Below, in pieces: positions 26,479 to 31,792 of a DNA stretch of 31,792 nucleotides. Source of the stretch: Chlamydiales bacterium (lineage in GTDB: Bacteria > Chlamydiota > Chlamydiia > Chlamydiales > JBDQID01). The notes beneath the pieces were generated by a model that made no database searches, was not told where the DNA came from, and saw nothing but the letters and a program-made list of their open reading frames with translations. Positions within the stretch are counted from its first letter, which is position 1. Each line of letters starts with the position of its first letter. The translations under genes and the position numbers were made by a program. The stretch is from the NCBI GenBank assembly GCA_047611865.1, contig JBLFWS010000021.1, positions 1-31,792 on the forward strand. The letters run 5' to 3'.

Positions 26479-27699
26479 TTACCTTGGTAATACAATAATC
26501 TCTGCATGAATCATGCCAGCTTTGTGCATCGCGGTAAAAACACTGATGATGCTTGTAGGCTGTAGCTTTAAAGCATTGAATGTTTCTTGTACTTTTCGCA
26601 AATCCGTACCCGCTGGAAGAGTCAAAAAATTTGCTCTGTCTTCAGAAACTGTCAACTGCGGTGCATCCACGAATGATGTTTCTCCATCAAAATCCCCCTG
26701 CCGGGTAACAGGCGTTATATCAGAAGATACCGTGACTGTTAGTCCTCCAACCGCAATGGAACCTGGCTCCATCTTTACACCCTCAGTCATAGCTATCACT
26801 CCTGTCCCCTGATCTATCGTAATAATAGCCTTCCTTGCAACCGAAGCTGACAAGTCTCCGATATCCGCCATCAAACGTGTAAGCTTTCCTTCTTGCTGTT
26901 CGTATCCAGGAGGTAGCCTAAGTACTACTGTAGAAGCATTCTTTGGTATTGCCTCTACGCCAATATCTTTCATATAATCATTAATAATATTCGCTATATT
27001 CGTTGCAGTTCTTTCATTAGGATGCTTTACAAATAGTGTTACCTCACCATTCTGTAATCGATGAGAAGGGATTTCTTTCACAAGCTCTCCCCCACTTAAC
27101 ACATGCCCAACAGTTGGATGTCCCAGCGTGACAGAAGTCGTCCCTCCAACAGCTCCCGCTCCTGGTTCGGCCTCAAAAAATCGCGCTCCCAATGCTAAGG
27201 GACCTGAAGTGATAGCAAAAACTGTTGAACTCCCAATCGGACTTAATGTAGATGCTTCCAAAAAACCATTTTGCAATGATTTCGAATCGCCAATAGATTT
27301 CACTGCCACATCAAAAGTTCTTTGGTGGGGACTTACAGAAGCTGAAATAGAAACTAACGCCACATTCTTTTGTTGCAAAGCGTTGGGGTCAATCCGTATT
27401 CCCTGTTTCTTTGCCACTTTAAGGAGCATCTCCAAGGCAACTTTGGATGAATCTCCCGTCTTGTTCAAGCCCGTTACCACACCGAATCCAGATAACCTAA
27501 CACTCTCTTCTCCAACAACATCCACAAGATTTTGAACTTTTATCCCCCCCTTAGGTGCTGGGGAATAACGATATTCTTCCATCCTTTCTTCGTAAGCCTC
27601 GCGAACCAATTCTGGAACCAGCTCATGGACCTGAGCAGATACGCCTCCGAAAGCAACCACAAAGTAAAAAAGTATTATTCCTGTTAAGTCTTTCTTCAT
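26479..27699 (-). CDS. flgI: flagellar P-ring protein FlgI
   Basis: Signal peptide; LSGFGVVTGLNKTGD, KNVALV, DVAVKSIGDSKSLQNG, C-terminal AGMIHAEII. Confidence 0.93.
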   Translation of the reverse strand: MKKDLTGIILFYFVVAFGGVSAQVHELVPELVREAYEERMEEYRYSPAPKGGIKVQNLVDVVGEESVRLSGFGVVTGLNKTGDSSKVALEMLLKVAKKQGIRIDPNALQQKNVALVSISASVSPHQRTFDVAVKSIGDSKSLQNGFLEASTLSPIGSSTVFAITSGPLALGARFFEAEPGAGAVGGTTSVTLGHPTVGHVLSGGELVKEIPSHRLQNGEVTLFVKHPNERTATNIANIINDYMKDIGVEAIPKNASTVVLRLPPGYEQQEGKLTRLMADIGDLSASVARKAIITIDQGTGVIAMTEGVKMEPGSIAVGGLTVTVSSDITPVTRQGDFDGETSFVDAPQLTVSEDRANFLTLPAGTDLRKVQETFNALKLQPTSIISVFTAMHKAGMIHAEIIVLPR

Positions 27700-27714
27700 G
27701 ATCTCTTCCCTTAA

Positions 27715-28335
27715 TTAGAAAAACATTTTATCAAATATTGTCCCTATATACCCTGGGGCTAACTCCCCACCGACAACTTTTCCGTCAATCTCAATAACTG
27801 CATCAGCAATTAGATGTGACTCAATAGTATTATCATCACCAATATCTGATGACCGTATGATTCCACTCAGATAGATATCTTTATCAGTGCCATCAATTGT
27901 TACCTTACGGGTTCCTCTAACTACAAATTGACCTTCAATGATTTCTTCAATGATGCGCACTTGAAATTCCGTTTTTACGGAATGTTCTGAATTTTTAGTG
28001 GCTTTCGTGGTGTATTTTTGCTCTGTCTTCATCTCCATTCCTGGCGCAGTGCCTGTCGCGACAGTATCATCAGGCCCGACATTGGGTAGAAAGTAAGGGA
28101 AGAAAAATTTCCCCAACTCCCATGTTAATTCGTGCTTCTTTGTTCCGTCCCTTTTCCCTGTATCCGATGTTACCGCAGACTCCATGACAATAACTGTCAA
28201 GATATCACCTGCTTTGCCAGCGACATCTGAAGCAAAAGGAGATTTGTCCAATTCGTAAAGACTTCCCATCTGAGCCACAAGAGGGCAAGAAATCAAAAGA
28301 AATAAACTGACGACCCTTCCAACTGTTACCCTCAT
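27715..28335 (-). CDS. flgH: flagellar L-ring protein FlgH
   Basis: GDILTVIVME, VRGTRKVTID, LSGIIRSSDIGDDNTIESHLIADAVI, PGYIGTIFD. Confidence 0.9.
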   Translation of the reverse strand: MRVTVGRVVSLFLLISCPLVAQMGSLYELDKSPFASDVAGKAGDILTVIVMESAVTSDTGKRDGTKKHELTWELGKFFFPYFLPNVGPDDTVATGTAPGMEMKTEQKYTTKATKNSEHSVKTEFQVRIIEEIIEGQFVVRGTRKVTIDGTDKDIYLSGIIRSSDIGDDNTIESHLIADAVIEIDGKVVGGELAPGYIGTIFDKMFF

Positions 28336-28352
28336 AAGATCTCCTATCTATG

Positions 28353-29336
28353 CTAGTTGAGGTTAATCATCGCCAAGCCGGCTTCCATCACGCGACACTT
28401 CAAAACTTCCTTTTCGTTCAAAGGGTTGGAAAATAGGATCGACTCTCCTTTTTTTCCACTCTGAAGAGCCTTGGCCCCAGCGATACTCATTCTAATAGTT
28501 CCGTTTACGACCAAAAGACGGTTTAATGACCCTCTTTCAATTAACAACGGCATTTCAAAATCATTCACCGACAGAATCTTCCCCATCGGCAAGTCCCTTT
28601 TCGCGATCATCCCAACAAAAGCTTCCACATTACCCACAATCATTCCATCCGAAAACGTCACATCCGACCGGCGAATAATCACATGATCTTCCAAAAGAAC
28701 TTGCCCCCTTTTCAAAGGACGTATTACAACAGGTACATGGCTAAAGTGAGCTATATTAATTCGTGCATGCGCCGAAGACATGATGTAGTCTCCTACAACT
28801 GCACGAACTGTCAACGACTGCTTTCCGCCTAATTGTTTTTTCTTGGAAGAATGAACTACATACTCTATCTCTTCACCTTCGGGAACCTCCCACCTTCGTG
28901 GTAAAAGCAAAAACTCAACTTCAGTTTGTTTCCCCTTTTTCGCTTTCGTCAATACCCAATCTCTTATTATTTTTTTTAGCTCGTCCTTCTCCATCATACG
29001 AGTCTCAATAGAGACCGTACTCTGAACCCCATGGACATTCACTCCCCTCAGACCTCCCCTGCTCAGGATGCCTTTTATTTTATAAGAAGAGACAATCTTG
29101 GAAGCTCCCACCCTCGGCGCCTCACCAACCACGAGATTGATGAGGCGCTTCTTCAACAAGTCATCCTCTGTTTCAATGCTCGCTATTTCGCCGAGAGTCA
29201 CATTCGGGGCTCGGACAACAATGGCATCTACAAGGCGGACATCTGCAAGATCTCTAACATCAGCTTCCAGGTAAGGGAAACCCCACATCCCCAGTACGAA
29301 AAAAACGACTGTTATTATTTCACTTACTCGCATCAC
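28353..29336 (-). CDS. flgA: P-ring formation chaperone FlgA (long form)
   Basis: VTLGEIA N-domain; SAF domain (VVIRPLKRGQVL...GMIAKRDLPMGKIL); LIERG...ALQSGKKGESI. Confidence 0.88.
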   Translation of the reverse strand: MMRVSEIITVVFFVLGMWGFPYLEADVRDLADVRLVDAIVVRAPNVTLGEIASIETEDDLLKKRLINLVVGEAPRVGASKIVSSYKIKGILSRGGLRGVNVHGVQSTVSIETRMMEKDELKKIIRDWVLTKAKKGKQTEVEFLLLPRRWEVPEGEEIEYVVHSSKKKQLGGKQSLTVRAVVGDYIMSSAHARINIAHFSHVPVVIRPLKRGQVLLEDHVIIRRSDVTFSDGMIVGNVEAFVGMIAKRDLPMGKILSVNDFEMPLLIERGSLNRLLVVNGTIRMSIAGAKALQSGKKGESILFSNPLNEKEVLKCRVMEAGLAMINLN

Positions 29337-29356
29337 ATCACCTTCTAGTTTACCAA

Positions 29357-30142
29357 TTATCTAGCCAACTGGGTTGCTGCTGAAAGCATCTCGTCGGTAG
29401 CTTTAATAACTTTTGAATTGATCTCGTATGCCCTTTGGGCCGAAATCATATTCACCATTTCTTCCACTACAGAAACATTAGACAGCTCCAAAAAGTGTTG
29501 CTGAATAGTTCCTGAAGCATCCGATCCAGGTGTCGAAAGTGTTGCCGTACCCGAAGCTGGACTTTCCGTATAAAGGTTACTCCCTTGAGCGCTCAGTCCT
29601 GAAGGATTCAAAAACATCGCCAACTGAAGTGTTCCAATAGTCGTTGCTGCTCCTGTATCGTCAACGTAACTAACCTCGCCAGTAGGACTAAAGTTCACTG
29701 CACGAGCATTACTGGGTACTGTTCCCAAGTCGACCATGGCAAGACCATCAGAATTGACAATGGTTCCTTGATTACTTACCTTGAGAGCCCCATCTCGAGA
29801 ATAAAGTACATTTCCTCCCGGACCCTGAACCTGAAAAAAACCTTGTCCAGCAATGGCCACATCAAGGTCTCTCTCCGTTTGCGTCAAGGATCCAATAGTG
29901 AACTGCTTCGTAATACCTGACAGCTTTGTACCAACACCGACCTGCTGGCCAACAGGATGAATACTTTCAGGACCAGTAGCTTCACCTGGAGACTTCATTG
30001 TCTGATAAAGAAGATCTTGAAAATCAGCCCTGCTCTTTTTAAATCCCACGGTATTGACGTTTGCCATGTTGTTGGCAATCACATCCAAATTAGTCATCTG
30101 GGCTTTCATCCCTGTGCTCGCTGTCCAGAGAGATCTGATCAT
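29357..30142 (-). CDS. flgG: flagellar basal-body distal rod protein FlgG
   Basis: MIRSLWTASTGMKAQ, DVIANNMANVNTVGFKKSRADFQDLLYQ, LELSNVSVVEEMVNMISAQRAYEINSKVI. Confidence 0.97.
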   Translation of the reverse strand: MIRSLWTASTGMKAQMTNLDVIANNMANVNTVGFKKSRADFQDLLYQTMKSPGEATGPESIHPVGQQVGVGTKLSGITKQFTIGSLTQTERDLDVAIAGQGFFQVQGPGGNVLYSRDGALKVSNQGTIVNSDGLAMVDLGTVPSNARAVNFSPTGEVSYVDDTGAATTIGTLQLAMFLNPSGLSAQGSNLYTESPASGTATLSTPGSDASGTIQQHFLELSNVSVVEEMVNMISAQRAYEINSKVIKATDEMLSAATQLAR

Positions 30143-30163
30143 CTCTTACCTCCGTGTATGTTA

Positions 30164-31021
30164 TTAAGTCCTGACGACTTGAAATAATTTTGTTAGCCCT
30201 TCCATTTGCTTGGTTATCCCAGCAAGATTCGAAGCATGTCCCTTTGAAGCTTCCATCATATAAAGAAGCTCGTTAATTGGATTTACGTTGGAACCCTCAC
30301 GCATTCCTTGAGCGAGAAGCCTGGTAACTCCATTCTCTCCTATCTCTAGCCGAAAGGGATTGAACTCGTTTTTTAAGCTTGGGGGGATTTTAAAAAGGGA
30401 CTCCCCCTCCTGCAAAAGCTGCTGCAAGTTGGCACTAGTTTGTGTATTCGCATCGGGGCTCCTGTTCAGACGGAAAATGGGAATTTCTCCTACAATCGTC
30501 TCTCCTTGTCTCACTACACCGTCTTCACCAATATGTAAGTCCCCAGCAGTAGCATCAACAAGTAAAGGGCTGCCTGCTTCATCAAGGGCTATGTGACCAC
30601 CAAGGTATAGAACAGTGTCGCTATCAGGATTCGAAGGATTTTCAAGACCCATAGAAAGAGTCCCGTTCCTTGTGTAGTAAGTTTCGTTGTCGTTCCCACC
30701 TATTTTTTTAACATTAAAAAATGCATTTTTTAACTCTGGAGGAATAGCAACATCAAAAGGATTATTCGTTTGCTTTAAGGTCCCGGTATCATCATAAATT
30801 TTGTATATACCTGATCTTCTGACCCCATATTGCGCCGGAAGACGCTCCCTAACTTGAGAGTCTATGCGATTTGTTTTGCCGTTTTTGTCGCGAGTATGAT
30901 GAAGAAGCAAAGACCGACGAAATCCTGCCGTATCAACGTTTGCAAGGTTACTGCTCGTTACCTCAAGTTTTTCCTCGTTATATATTGCTCCTGAAACACC
31001 TGAATAAAATCCCAGTAACAT
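30164..31021 (-). CDS. flgF: flagellar basal-body rod protein FlgF
   Basis: SSNLANVDTAGFRR, GTLKQTNNPFDVAI, YTRNG, QGMREGSNVNPINEL; directly precedes flgG. Confidence 0.88.
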   Translation of the reverse strand: MLLGFYSGVSGAIYNEEKLEVTSSNLANVDTAGFRRSLLLHHTRDKNGKTNRIDSQVRERLPAQYGVRRSGIYKIYDDTGTLKQTNNPFDVAIPPELKNAFFNVKKIGGNDNETYYTRNGTLSMGLENPSNPDSDTVLYLGGHIALDEAGSPLLVDATAGDLHIGEDGVVRQGETIVGEIPIFRLNRSPDANTQTSANLQQLLQEGESLFKIPPSLKNEFNPFRLEIGENGVTRLLAQGMREGSNVNPINELLYMMEASKGHASNLAGITKQMEGLTKLFQVVRT

Positions 31022-31056
31022 ATTTAACCCCTTGTGGTTGAAATCACATCTGGGTT

Positions 31057-31074
31057 ATGCGAATCGTATGCCAA
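31057..31074 (-). promoter_or_regulatory. sigma54 (RpoN)-type -24/-12 promoter of the flgF operon
   Basis: TTGGCATACGATTCGCAT (GG-N10-GC spacing; consensus TGGCAC-N5-TTGCW), 35 nt upstream of the flgF ATG. Confidence 0.75.
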
Positions 31075-31320
31075 GGGATTCCGCGTTTACGTAAGAACTT
31101 AAGAAAAAAGGCAATGAATGAATCTAATCAGATAAAAAAGAAAAGCTTTCGAGAAAATATTACCAGAAGTTACCCTCATAAAATTCTCATTTGCGTGACA
31201 ATCGGAACTCGATAAAGAGCTCTGTCTTCCATATAGATTCAGAATATTTAAGAGGCTAAAGACCTATAAGGCGTAAAGGCATGCCGATAGGTAAAGAAAA
31301 CGTAGCAAACAGAAAGCTTG

Positions 31321-31677
31321 CTACTTACGAATTATACTGCTGACACCAACACCTGCCAGCACGCCAAAAAATAATGATGGGGTCGCAAATAAAACACAGA
31401 GGCTTATGCCTGCCAAAAGTAAAGTTTGAAACTGATCCTTTCCTTCCACCAATGCTTTACCATGCTGAGCCCAGTTCTTTACCTCTTCTGCATAAAACAA
31501 CCCAGCTACAACACCCACAACTACCGCTCCCGACCAATGATACAGAGAGATCAGTACACCTACTGCAACTACAGCAATAACAGCTGCTTCCTTCTTATTC
31601 ATAGTGAATAACCTTTTCATTCCGCTAACGAAAGAACTATCACTTAGCGAATTTTCTTCGGGGTTTGTTCCTGACAT
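31321..31677 (-). CDS. small hypothetical membrane protein
   Basis: 118 aa with two long hydrophobic hairpin-like stretches; AGGAAGTAGG upstream. Confidence 0.7.
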   Translation of the reverse strand: MSGTNPEENSLSDSSFVSGMKRLFTMNKKEAAVIAVVAVGVLISLYHWSGAVVVGVVAGLFYAEEVKNWAQHGKALVEGKDQFQTLLLAGISLCVLFATPSLFFGVLAGVGVSSIIRK

Positions 31678-31792
31678 AAGCCTACTTCCTAAAACATTAC
31701 ATTATGTACCAACTAGTGTATGCAATATATTGAATCCACTCAAGGTTTCTTAACAAGTACCTGAAATTTTCCCTTTATTATTGCTCTTTTTT

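Noticed and set aside
31198..31225. Possible extra sigma28 promoter (TCCGATTG) upstream of flgF
   Set aside because: There is no -35 match at the 12-nt spacing (GACAGAGC).

Overview
Low-GC bacterial chromosome segment, most likely from an environmental member of Chlamydiota. This is inferred from a UPF0242-type coiled-coil/PAS protein and a housekeeping context of YjbH-like protein, Mg-type hemB, GT2, CE4, GT4 and mutY. The window carries a minus-strand flagellar rod/ring/junction operon (flgF-flgG-flgA-flgH-flgI-flgJ-flgN-flgK-flgL-fliW) behind a sigma54-type promoter. Next comes a tandem array of four 608-aa flagellins, and a divergent fifth flagellin lies about 5.5 kb away on the + strand. 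Main observations: (1) in all five flagellins the variable region looks like a six-bladed beta-propeller; (2) each tandem flagellin mRNA has a conserved 3' UTR element complementary to its own 5' leader, suggesting end-to-end pairing across about 1.9 kb or a 3'-UTR-derived sRNA; (3) the leaders are structured and carry CsrA-type GGA hairpins, fliW is present, but csrA and flgM are missing from their usual slots; (4) all five flagellins have matching sigma28-type promoters; (5) the array shows an apparent gene-conversion tract, a decayed relic of another flagellin copy and an inverted REP-like doublet. All calls come from manual reading; no searches or folding programs were run.
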